Positions 24,649 to 37,200 of a stretch of DNA of 60,221 nt are shown here, piece after piece. Location: contig LPNZ01011044.1 in assembly GCA_001655205.1 (NCBI GenBank), positions 1-60,221 on the forward strand, given 5' to 3'. A model generated the notes under the pieces. The model saw only the letters and a program-made list of their open reading frames with translations. It did no database searches and was not told the origin of the DNA. The stretch's first letter is position 1; every line of letters starts with the position of its first letter. Position numbers and translations under genes: made by a program. This stretch comes from Lenisia limosa (Eukaryota > Protista > Breviatea).

Positions 24649-24831
24649 CTACTTCGGCTTGCGTGTTTTCTCGGATTTTTTTTTCCTTTTTTTTCCACCC
24701 AACCCATCATAGCAGACAACTTGTTTTTACACTTTTCGTTCGAATTAGTGATCTGGTATTTGAATTTACCAGTTTGAATTCTTATACCCCAGTAGTTTTG
24801 TTGTCGACTTTATAGCAGATTCTCCCCCGTC

Positions 24832-27800
24832 ATGGGGCCTCGTGGAAAGAGATTCAACCCTAAAGGGAAGGGCCCTATCAAGAAACCTGCTAATGTCAAG
24901 AAGGTAACGTGATTGGAGCCAATGGGGACTTCTCCTTACCCATCTAGGATAAAAATGAGTTTAAATACCCTAAAACAAACAAGAAGAATGAGAATAAGCA
25001 GCATAAAGGAAGATCCACGTTTCAACCTGCTCCTGAAGTTGATGCGGAGGAGCAACCAGAAATGTTGGCAACAGCAAATAGCTTTTGTTCTTTTGAAATA
25101 ATTCGATTTCATGGTGTAGTGCTGAATTGACTCCTTGGTGGGATAAAATTACGATTGAAGTTGAAGGACTTCAACCCCGCACAGACACCATTTCGCATCA
25201 TGAAGTTGGTCAATATTGGTGTTCTTTCGAATTTTTTTTCATATGACATAAAGCTTAACGGACGTTATAGCTCACAAACGGGATTATTTGAGGTTGCAGT
25301 GGCACTCCAGCCGTCTTAAATGGGACTGGGAATACCTCTAAACAATAACAACAGATTGTTTTTTTTTTGTTTGACCAAAACCAGATTGCACGCTTGAGAG
25401 CCCAAGCAGAGAAAGAACTGAAGACTGATACCCAGGGATACCTTAAAGGTTTGCTTGTTTTCATGCCCGTATGTAATGTATTTTAGATTTGAGTACCTTT
25501 TTTTTTAATATCATTGTTCACCTTTGTAGCGCACGCGATTTACAGCAAAAGTGAAGCTTCATGGCTCCAACAAGTAGGAACGAAATGATTAGGCCACCTT
25601 ATATTTTAGGTCACCCAAAAAGGTACTAGTGCTGACAAAGTTGTTGGACTTGTTCTTCTGATCCAGGTGGGCTGGAATTATTGGAGAAACTGCAGCTGTA
25701 TCATATAACGATGATTCAGCATTAATCTCACAAATTTCAGGATTCTCCCATGCATCGTGTGGCTGAGCTTGATCATCTTATCAATATGGCTTCAAAGAAA
25801 GTAAGAGGGATTTCAAATAGCTTTAATTAACAATCAGAGTCGACGTGAAGCCTTGATTGCTCTCGATAACCTCAGAGATCTCTTTGCTTCTTATATCCTT
25901 CCCAATGACAGAAAGGTGAGTGTCTTTTTATTTGAAGGGGAGAAGAAGGTATTTGTGTTGATTTTTATTATATTATAAAGCAGATTTTTTTTCATACAAT
26001 GAACATAGTTATTGAGAAACTACATATCGATATATTTTGAAGTAGATTTACCTCATTAGCTCCGATTCTTCCGTGAATCAGTTGCAACAGTAGTTCGCCC
26101 ACCTCCCTCTCTTCTTGCTCTGTTCCTCTTTGAGGAAATTGCCAAGACACGCTTTGCCAACTACATTTCCTGTCTTGAGGTCTGTCTGCTTGAAAATGAT
26201 TGATATATATTGGTGTGGAAAGATAGATCCCTAAGCTCGGTACATTAAGTGACCAAAGAGCCAGCTGGGGTTTTTTTTGGGAGGTTTTTATTGTTAAAAG
26301 TAATCTTAAGGTTTTTTTATTCAAAAATATCATAAAAAGTCCATTTCGCTATTCGAATTTGTTCTTACATCATCAATAATATTGTTATTTACCCTACCCC
26401 GCTGATATTTCAGATTGCATCTCGTGACCCCCTTCGTCTTCATAAGGAGCGTGCAATGCAACATATGGAAAAGATCCTTGAGGAAAAGGTTGAACAAGAA
26501 CAGACACTTTTGACACTGCTGGTGAACAAGATTGTAAGTCGCCCCTCTGCTTTCTTTCTTATCTTCAAGGGTGACCCAGACAAGCAAGTTGCTTCTAAGG
26601 CCATTTATTTATTGCGCAAGCTTCTTGAAGTTCATTTTGCTATGAGAGAAGTTGTTTGTAAGGAAGTGACGAGACTTCTCTTCAGAAAGAACATGCTTTC
26701 CAAAGCAAAGTTAGGATCTCACTGTGAAGAAGCTTCTCACTCTTTAGATACTTTGCAATCAATTTCCTTTGCCAAATCATCTACACTAAGGATGACGCTG
26801 ACCTTGCATCTTCAAACATTGACACATTCCTGGCTACTTTCAGTTCCGTTGTATGTTGGGTATAGAGGTGTCTTCTACTCTGAATATATAACAAAACACT
26901 TGTCTCACACCTTGGTTAGAGCGAGATTTTTTTTACCAATTGCAGGTTGACCCCGTGACTGGAGATATCGAGGAGGGAGATGCGAAGCTGGTCGCCTGTA
27001 TTCTTTCAGGTTTGTACACCGTTTTCTCGGAGACAGTTGCATAAAACATATAGATATTCTATTATCATATCATAATCACTATTTTGCCTAGTATAATATG
27101 ACTTATTATATTTCCCCAAATTTGCGAAAAGGGAATTAATGTTCGGCATTTGTAATTTACTATCCAGGTGTCAATAGAGCTGCACCTTTCGCTAGCCTGT
27201 CCTCTGTTTTATACGAAAAACATCTCACTGCTATTTTCAAGGTAGGCTTCCTTTTTTGAAGTCATGGGTATTAATTATCTTTTAGGTGGTCCATAGCTCA
27301 AGTCTCCCCACTGCCACCCAAGCCCTTGCCCTTCTCTTCCAAATTTCTGTTGCCAACCCTGTAGGCACTCAGCCCAGAATCCTTTTGTTGTTATTGTTTC
27401 TCATTTCAATGATTTCTAGGCTATTGGTGATCGTTTCTACAAGGCTCTTTATGAGATCCTCTTTTCCCCCGCTCTCCGTACCTCCATCAAAATCTCCTTC
27501 TTCCTGAGCCTGCTGTTCAAAGCTATCAAGGTATGTTCCCAGTAGTACAGGTTTTCCTAATTGAACAGGCTGATCCCTCAACAACTCGCGCATGTGCACT
27601 CGTCAAAAGATCAATGCAAGTTTGCTGCCGGCGAATCCTTCAAACATTTTCCAATAATTGTTTAACTGCGTTTTATTTGTTTCAACTAACTCCATCAGCT
27701 GGCTTCCATATTCCCGGCGAACGCTGCTTGTGGTCTTCTCCATTCTCTCTCTTTGGTGTGCGGGGTATTTGACTGGTATTTACACTCGTCGTGGGTCGAG

Positions 27801-29104
27801 AGGTTGGTGCATCGTGTTGTTGATGTTTTCTCTTTTGCATATTTTCTCTGTGATATTGAAAGTGTCGAATAGCAAAAGTGAATTTTCCTTTTGAAAAGCG
27901 CGATTTGCCCATGTGCTTTCTGGTGAAAGGGTCTCACTTCTTAGATCATCAGTGAGCGTCCAGCCTTTGCCAATTACCTCAAGCAGTCCGAGAAATCTCT
28001 GAAAATCCAAAGAGCACGTGCTGAAGCGGAATTGGAGGTCAAGAGAAATGTAAGGGAGGGAAGTAAGTGACTTGGCTCACCGATTTAGGGCGTGACAGTT
28101 GAAAAGGCTCACACGAAAAAACAAAAGAAGAAGCAGCAAAAGAATGTTCACAACCTTGCTGAGGAAACCCAGAAAAAGGTGAATCATTGTTTGAGCTATT
28201 TGTGACCTATTAGATTGAAGAACTCACAGCTGAGAAGGTCATGTCTGTACCCACTTACTCCACCGATGCCCGTGATCCCCTCTACTCCAATGCAGATACG
28301 TCTTGTTTCTGGGAACTGGTGGGAGTCTCTTTTCAACTTGACGTTCTAATTTCTTCAGACCTGTTTGGCTCGTCACATCCATCCTTCTGTCCGTGCCTTT
28401 GCGGAAACAACAATGAAATGCGCCGCAGTACAATACAAGGGTGATCCTTCAAGAGACAATACACTGGCTGACTTCCTCGAGAAATTCATGTGAGTTCTTG
28501 GACGAATTGTTTTATTGTTCAGTCACAAGAAAGAAAAGAAGCGCAAGGCTGGCGGTACCTCTGTGATGCAACCCCTTGTCAAGGTTTGTGATCATTATTT
28601 TTACCGTGTTTTGTTCGCGATTTTGTATTCTCTTGTCTAGATTATTTTGTATTTTTTTTTTGTTTGTTTGTTTGTCCATCACTATTGTAGCCTGATGTAT
28701 CGGAGAAGGATCTTCCTGAGGATCTAAAGGGCTTCCTTGCTGAAGACGAAGAAACTGACGAGTCTGAGATGGAGCGCTATCTCCTGTCAACCCTACCTGA
28801 AGGACGGGCGATGCTTGAGGAAGATGATGACGATGACGATGATGCTGAGTTCGCTAAGGCCTACGAAAACGCAGTCAGTGATGATGAGAGTGATAAGGAA
28901 GGCGATGGTGCCGAGTCAGAGGGAGAGATGGATGAGGAAACCTTCAAGAAACTCTACATGACCAACGACAACGACAAGGAGTTTGAAATGAGTGATGGAG
29001 AGGAGGAGGATGGAGATGACGAATCAGGCTACGATGAAGATCTCTCGGCACTCAATGCTGGGTTTGACTCAGAGTCTGATGAGAATGATAGTGATGATGA
29101 GTAG
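24832..29104 (+). CDS. CEBPZ: CEBPZ/Noc1/Mak21 ribosome biogenesis factor (CBF domain)
   Basis: MGPRGKRFNPK.., GTSADKVVGLVLLIQ/DSPMHRVAELDHLINMASKK, REALIALDNLRDLF, QALALLFQI, DRFYKALYEIL, FLSLLFKAIK, RDPLYSNADTSCFWEL, GDPSRDNTLADFLEKF, and a long acidic D/E tail ending TAG 29102-29104. Confidence 0.9.
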
Positions 29105-29231
29105 ATGATGGTTTTTTTTTGTTTTGTTTTTAGTTTCCTATGCATTTCTTTGGTCCGATACCCTCAAACACCCGTGGTTAAAAATACAATTCCATAATAC
29201 TGTACAAAAAATATTCAAATCAAACCATAAA

Positions 29232-31075
29232 CTACTCGGCCCACTCCCAGAGCTTGATAGAAGGGTCCTTGTCAAGACCACCAGAAGCAATAATTCTCTT
29301 TGTCGGGTGCGTTGCGAGAGCCAAGACAGGGTCATCATGACCTGGCCAGACTTGGACAAGTTGGCCGGAGTGGATGTCCCACACGCAAATGTTGTGATCC
29401 TCACTGCCAGAAACAGCAAGCTTGCCTCCAGCTGTAGTCATCCCAGCAGAAATGCAGAACTACATTGTGAGGTCAATATGGAATATTAATGTTATGGGTG
29501 AGAAATTGACATCGTTGCCTCACCTTTTCAATCTTAGCACCTTTATAAGCCTTGATGACCTTTGATTTGGCCCCAACGCTGTGGAGTTTGACAATTGAAT
29601 CAAGGTAGGTTACCAAGATATATTTTCCATTTGGGCTCAAATTGATGCCTCCCCTAGATCGTCAAAATGTGAAGGTTATATTCTTCCCTATAAATTTCTT
29701 CTTGTCCACGTGAATAGGAAACACTCCCGTACTCACGGACCGTTATAGACCCTCGAACACGATACTTTGTATCAAGTCCAAAATCTCTAGAAAACTGATC
29801 TTCTCTTACGCCTCGACTGCGTCTCGACTCACTCGATTTATCAGTTTTCTCTCCGGGCTCTACCCTTATCATTCACCCATTCAGNNNNNNNNNNNNNNNN
29901 NNNNNNNNNNNNNNNNNNNNNNNNNNNNNNNNNNNNNNNNNNNNNNNNNNNNNNNNNNNCCAGTAACGTCTATGGGTTATGAAACTTGTAAAATGGGCCG
30001 TACAGATATTGTTGATTGTACAGGACTGCTAAAAATAATCCTCACAACTCACATTAAGCCATCAAAAGAGGAAGAAATAATCATAGTTGAATCACGTGAA
30101 AAGTTGACTGACGTGACAGGGTCTGTATGGGCGATAATTGTTCTCACGCAATCCCCTAAAGAGTGAATTGACTGCTGTTGACGATCTTCCAATTTGTGTA
30201 TAAGAAAGGGGTAAAGTTCCGAACTCAATATGTAGGAATGAGAACTGGGACCACAGCATTCCAAACCATTGTGCTTTTTACATTTTACAATTATACTGCA
30301 AAAAATAAAAACTACGTAGAAATGTGAAGTACACAAGGATAGAAAACGCCCCTGTACCAGTGCGTGTGTCCCAAAGCTTAATAGTCTCATCAAAGCTTCC
30401 TGAAGCTACCAAGTTACCCTAGCAAGTGAGCAAAGAAGAATGGAATAGTAACACACCTCTCTATTGAAACAGCAGCAGAACACACAATTGTGGTGTTCTC
30501 TCAGAACTTTCAATGTCATACCCTGCGTTATTAGATGGCAGATGGATTGGGATTCGTAAACTGTGTTGCAAAATTCAGGTATGTTATACCTGGTACTCAC
30601 CGTGTCAACTTCCCAGATTCTCAGCGTCTTGTCATCGGAAGAAGAAACAATGTAAAGGGATTGAGAATCCCATGAAACTTGTGTAATACCCTGAAAACGT
30701 CAAGACAAAAAATAATAACACGAGCGTACAGCTGTGTGGCCAGTGAGAATTTTCACGTTCTTCAGAGTCGCAACATCCCTGAATGATTAAAAACTCACAA
30801 TATAATCGAAGTATTAAATTAAGCTTCAGTCGGAAGAAACACCAGCTCAAACCAGATTGCTATAGTTCTGTCACTTGACGCTGATGCAAGTAGTTTTCCA
30901 TTAGGGGAGAAGGCAAGGCAGGAAATGGCGCGTTTGTGATGCTGGGAGGGAGTGATCAGCAAGAATAGACAAGGGGAGAAGCCCTCTTCACTCCAATTAC
31001 TGTTAGTTCTCCTTTTAGTGAATATTCTGGTTGTGGAACCGGTCGTGAGGGGCGGCTGGGCTCTCCTTCTCTCAT
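29232..31075 (-). CDS. WDR5: WD40-repeat protein WDR5 (COMPASS/MLL core subunit)
   Basis: HKRAISCLAFSPNGKLLASASSDRTIAIW, GITQVSWDS..SSSDDKTLRIW, HHNCVFCCCFN, VASGSFDETIKLWD, AHTDPVTSVNFSRDSTMIISSSFDG, GGKLAVSGSEDHNICVWD, GHDDPVLALATHPT..KDPSIKLW. One N gap at 29885-29959. Confidence 0.88.
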
Positions 31076-31381
31076 GATGTATGAAGAAACACAATCAACT
31101 GTTTCTCTCCTTGGTGGTTTCTGCTCTCTCTCAACTCTCCATACAGCAGGAATGCAGGAATGAATATAACAGAACAAATATTCAAATATTGTAAACTCTT
31201 TTTTGCTGTTTTTCAAACATGATCTTGAGATCAAAAAGTCTGAACTAAAAACATACATCAACCATGTTTCATGTTTCACACATAAATACAAAAAAAACAT
31301 TTTGTGAAATTAGAATACACAAGCCTATCCATTGAAATTTGACCAAGAAGTGGGAAGCTGAAGGAGGGACGAATAACAACA

Positions 31382-33542
31382 CTATGGTGCTGGTTGGGCT
31401 GATAAATGGCTCTTTGCACCATAGTACGTTGAGTGCCAGATGAAAGCCTGAATGGTCATAAGGTTCAGACAACTAACCTGAGAAAGCATGACATCAAGAT
31501 CATCTTCATTGAGATTTTGGGTTGGAAGGTTCTGCATGAACATCATGGCGTCCTGTTGGTTAGTTGTTGTGCTTCACAGGGACATCGCAAACAAACCTGG
31601 CAATCTTTGAGTATTATTTCACGTCCCCTAAAAGTGTGAAAACTGTCAAGTGTTGATCCAAATATCTCACGAGCATGGAAAGGAGAAATAAAAAAGTCAG
31701 ATCATACCAATGGTTGAGAAGTGACACCATGACATACACATGGAACTGCCCAAATCCACCCTATAATGTCAGAAAAGCATTCACATAATAAACTAACCTC
31801 CATTGTGCACCCCCAGTAATTATCCCAAAGCTTCAATAAGAGGTTTGGTGGAAGCTCTCGAATAAGTAGACAGTTAACCCACCTAAAAAGTCAACACTCA
31901 AAATGACACAGTCTCCGCTTACTGGAAAGCAAAGTGCAAGTAGAGAATCTCGTTTTCCGCAAGATATGCTGCAAGCGGTTCTAGAGTGTAAGGGAACGAT
32001 ATAATCACCCCACTATTAATGGAACGCATGAGAAGGTTCATTTGGTTCAATTTCGTTTGGATACCGCGTTGTGCAAAGGTGTAGTTATCCTACAGTTGTG
32101 ATCAAAACATGATGGAATCAGGGGTGGAATATGTTCTATATTCGGGGAAAACAAGAAATAAAAGGTACTGGCGATAAGGCAACAGAAGAGAAAAAAAGAC
32201 CCAATATGTGCTATACCACATATAATTATATATGCATATATAATTATATCATATATACATACATGTACATACATACATACATATAGTATATATATATATA
32301 TACATGTATATATATGTATATCAGAAATAAGAAGAAAGCAACGAGATGTAAACATAAAAAAACATTCAGCCTTCTCACCTGTATATAATCCAGCATTCGT
32401 GTGAAACAAAAGTACACATCAGATTCCATTGCCATCAGATCATCAATGTGAATTTCATCAAGACACGCGCTGTCCTCAATTGAATCTACTTGGTTACAGA
32501 AAGCCCACTATTAGACAACTTACCGGAATAATCAGAAAGAAGAACCAATATTAATGGTGTTGTTAAGTCGTTCATTCCTTGTACATATCCAGATGCTGGA
32601 TGTCTTATAGACCAAATGTACAAAACACGTCTCATTAACTGGAGGTTTAGCGATAAGAAACAAGACGTTATATCATATCTATTCTCACCAGTTGGATTCT
32701 TGGGTCTTGGAAAAGTGTTGATGTTGGTACCGTACGAGGAAGATCAATATCAATCTGTCGAGTAAGTAACAAAGAGATCGATTGTACCTGGTTGAGCATT
32801 TTTTTCTCGCTGGGTGGTCGTTTTGGTTCTGAATCACCCCCAAAATATGCATCAACAAGACGTGAATACTCCGTTCGTTTGCGAGCAAGAATTTCAAGTC
32901 CTATGGTGATAACCAATAATGGAAACAAAGAAAGGGTATATGATAAAGCCTACTTCGTTCGGGGTTAGTGGGGATGACACCAAGAAGAATCCTCCAACAA
33001 AGAGGCCTAACCTCTGCAGGGAAACCTTTCCACGACTTTTCTTGGAGGGTTCCTTTCGTGTTAGGGAAGAATATTCAACATATTAGGTGTGGGGGTACAA
33101 TGGGGGAATAAAAATAAATGAAAATGAAACAACATATCATATCATAAAAGCATTCAAGAATATATTTGAATTCGACTTGGGTTTGAGAGAACAAATGAGT
33201 AACGTGTTAGATAACCCAGAGTATGAGAGAATGCAATTACCACCACAAGCTTACTGAGTTGACAATTTGGACTTGAGAGAATATCGTGAAATTCATGCAA
33301 CTTCTTTCGTCCCCAAGGGCCAATACGATCTCTTTCTTTGGCAGCGTTCTTGAGCGTGATTCAAAACAAGGTGTCAAACTAACAAGTGAGGGGGCAGCTG
33401 GGATATCGGCTAATGCCGATTCTGTACGTTCATGCCCAAGAATAGGACATGTAAAACATCTTCTTCCGGAATCTTCAAAGAATACTTGATGTTTCCATTC
33501 TTCCTTACTCCTACACAATAAGAGGTAAGAAAGGAATTACAT
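31382..33542 (-). CDS. TBC1D22: TBC-domain Rab GAP, TBC1D22/Gyp1 type
   Basis: SWKGFPAEVRPLCWRILLG, LARKRTEY, R-finger IDIDLPRT, Q-finger IRHPASGYVQGMNDL, ESDVYFCFTRMLDYIQ/DNYTFAQRGIQ, FMQNLPTQ. Stop TAG 31382-31384. The probable start codon is split by an intron (AT|G). Confidence 0.9.
32221..32320. repeat. AT-rich (TA)/(TACA) low-complexity microsatellite in a TBC1D22 intron
   Basis: tataattatatatgcatata..tacatacatgtacatacatacatac..tatatatatata read directly. Confidence 0.8.
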
Positions 33543-34274
33543 TTTGGGAAGAGAATCACAATTCCCTGCTAGCTACTCCTTTATTGGCGTATTTGACACA
33601 AATTAACAAAATGCCCCGATAGAAGAAGGGGAAGGTGGAGTGCCTCGTATAGTTACAAAAACAAATGATAAATATCCATGAATTGACAGTTCAGTTCAAT
33701 TCCGTTCTCTATTTATGCCTTTGTTTCCCCAATTTTGGAACCTTTTATCATCGGATTCTTTATTTTGTTTTCTCTTTGCCAAATAAAGTGGTATCAGGAG
33801 GTGCGTCAGGCAAGTATCAGGTATGTTGTTACTTCCCTTCTCCACTCCTCTCATGGTAATGAAGACAACATCTTTATTTTCCACTGAACTGGTTGATACC
33901 CAGTAGCTGTTGACAATATTCCTCGTTTCTGATGCCTCCTTTCCCCCCTCTACAGACCTCCTCTTACCTCACCTCTCACTCTTCAGGAGAATCCAAGGAA
34001 GCGCAGAACAAGATGCTATCAAGAAGTGCTGATTCAAGACCCCTTTCTCCTTCACCAAAATGAAAATAACAAACATATCCAATACATGTTTCATAGGGTT
34101 TAGGTACACATGTACATGTGGTTCAGGGACATTTTCTATTTTATACATTAGAAATTAATTTCTCTATTTACCGTCGCTTTGGATCTCAACAAGAGGAATT
34201 AGTAATACAAGAATACAATACATTATATTAGATGGGAAACAGGAAAATACAATAAGACCTTTACAAGAAGAATA

Positions 34275-37200
34275 CTAGGCAAGGGAGAGTAGCAAGGCGG
34301 TTCCACGCTTTGTCCAATGCTCAGGGTCGGAATCTAGACAATCAAAAATGTCAATAATATAATGAAAATTTTGCAAAATTGTTCAAAATGACAGAGAGTC
34401 CTCCCTACCTCCAGGCTTAAGATCCACAATCACCACAAATGATGAGTGGAGAGGCGATGAGCGAACGGGGTAGGAGTAACACGGGCAGGAATACGCTGAC
34501 TTGCTTGTCTTTCTCCTTGCTTCAACAGGTCTGAAAACGTTACAAACTTAAAAAGCTTCAAAACAACACGGTTCCTTTTGTAGATTCATGCTTTCGAAGG
34601 TTAATACTATCATATTTATGATTACAGCAAAAACACCAGACAAAACAACATACAGGAAGTGGAGCACTGGCATTTCGCAAACAAGCTCCATGGGAGTAGG
34701 CTCAGCTGTAGGGTAAAAAGGAGTGATGAGGAAGGTTCTTTCGAGAGAATGTGACGGTGTGTCCCCCCCCCCCCAGCGGCGTACTTAGACAGTTGTTGTC
34801 ATGATCCCATCCCGCGCCCTCGAGGTTGAGTCCGGAAACATAGATACCATCGGAAGGAGCAGTCTTGATCTATAGCATGAGTGTATGGCCAATAACGGTG
34901 GACATAATCAGTGCCACAGAAATGAATCAAATTCAAATTCAAAAACAAAAAAATAGAGGACAAGAGGCGAAAAAAACGAACGGCTCCCTTTTCTATTCGC
35001 CCCCCCCCCCCNNNNNNNNNNNNNNNNNNNNNNNNNNNNNNNNNNNNNNNNNNNNNNNNNNNNNNNNNNNGGTTGTCGATAGCGGTGTTCAGACGCCTAC
35101 TGGTCTGTTGCAACACAGCAGTGAGTAGCCCACTAAAAGATGAAATGTCAACAGTATCACTAAACAACAATAGGCAACTTGACGGAAGGCTTACGTCGGG
35201 AAGGTGAATGCTCCGAGCCAGAAGCAAATGGGTTGTGTCCCGTCGGCCCAGTTCTGGAAGAACTGGACTCTGTCAATGAGGTCTCTGGTCCATGACGCAA
35301 GCGGCTTGGCTGAGGGGTAGTGTTGTGTCCACACGGGAGGAACCTAGAGCAGTAAGCCAAGCATGGTCACTCGATGTTAAATACGATACATTGTATTACA
35401 TCATATGATATATTAACATCATATGTACTATGTGCATGTGCATGTATGGAAATTATGTTGTGGACATGAGTAATATAAAAAGGTCGCATCAGACAAACCG
35501 CCCAATAGTCATACGTATCGTGTTGCCAAGCCCACCTGGTTCTTGAATAGGCAGTCGAAGATGACCTCGAGCTCAGCAGACATGACAACAAGACCCTTGA
35601 CTGCCTTTTGGAGCAGCTGCAATGTTGTTCGAACCTCGTTCAACAGCTTATTATACCGTTCAACTTCCTGTATCGTTACAAGCAAACAGTTGGACTTACT
35701 TGAACCAGCACAGTGTCGAGAGGAGTGGGGTTCTCGGTTTTTGCCAAGACAATTTCAAGGGGGAGGTTGTCAGGAACGCGGGAGAGAATTTCTCCTGCAA
35801 GTTGGTAGACCTAAAACGTGAGAGGAACCTGGAGGCAAGTTCAGTACCTGGTCTTCAGATGACATTCCGGTGCTGGAGACTGAGCGTCTGGGCTGGAGGG
35901 AAAGAAGGGACTCCAGCAGCTCAAGAGTGTCGTTGACCTGAATAGTCATTAGACTAGCACTCATGCCACAATCCACTGTTTCAAAAGAAGCTAGCACACA
36001 AAACAAGCCCCCCCACCTGGCGTGCGATATCAGCATTAGCATGTTGACCGAAGGCGGCAGGTGAGTCGCTCTGAGGAAGCTGGCCAATATGGTCCAGGTA
36101 AGACTACAGCTATTAGTTTTTGCTGATAACAGAATCCAGTCTTAACACAAAAGCACTCATCAAAGCTTGATCCGGTTCATAAGAAGACCATGAATTTCAA
36201 GAGAGGTTTACCTGGAGTGGCCCATCATCAGGGATGTGGTAGGTCATTAGCTCGGAAAGGGGGTACATCGCCGTGTCCACAGCGTTGGGGTGGAAGCAGA
36301 GATTGATGTAGGTTTTGAGAATGCGCTGATCCCAACGATCCGACACGCGACCACCATAGTTCAGCTCAGATACAAGGAACTGCAAAGGTGAACTTCATGC
36401 AAGGAGCACGGGCAAACAAATATACTAGAACAAAACCCACTTTGATGGCTTCCCAAGGCGTTTCGCTGTTGTTACTGACATACGACCGCAGGATAAGATC
36501 GGACACCTGAAGGAGAAATAAACCTGTTTTGCTGATATTCTATTCTTATTGTATCATCCCGTTGAGGGGCGTACGTGGAAGTCAGAATCATTGAACTCGT
36601 AAACTGTGTTCCAGCCAAGGGTCATAAATTTACGTCTCTCGATCAGAATCCTGGATAGTAATAGATGGGCGTGTTAATTCAAAGAAAACGTAAAATGATC
36701 CTATGCGATAGTAATTGCAGTGAGTCAAAAGCCTTCGCCCACGAATGGAAGAACGTCATAGCATAGAGGAGCTTCTTGTACTTGGCAGCGTTCTCAATGC
36801 GGTCAAAGTGGTTGGAAGGCAGGCTGCGGTAGATCCTCAGCATGTTGGCTCTTAGTCCTGACGGCGCCTCGGTAGTCATTTTCACGCCTCTCTGGAGAAG
36901 GCCAATAGGGAATCTGGAACATGAGACGCGAGACTAATGGTCGCATATGGGATAGAAAGGAGTATTGCTTTGTGAAAGATCTTTGTGCTGGAATCAAAAT
37001 CCTGACGCAATCCAAAGCCCGTCTTGAAAAACCCACAATCCAAAGCCCGCCCTGGCAAACCTTGGGTCTGCAGCGGCCGAGAGCCAAAGGCGGAATTCGG
37101 GATGGGGCTTGAGCCTGCCCAGAGACGATACCACCTGGAAAACGTCAGAAACCCTTCCAAGGCAAAACTGACCCTCTAGTCGTGAGCATCAAGCCAACCT

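Noticed and set aside
28769-29104. Acidic D/E-rich ORF as an independent gene
   Set aside because: It is the terminal exon of CEBPZ/Noc1, a family known for an acidic tail.
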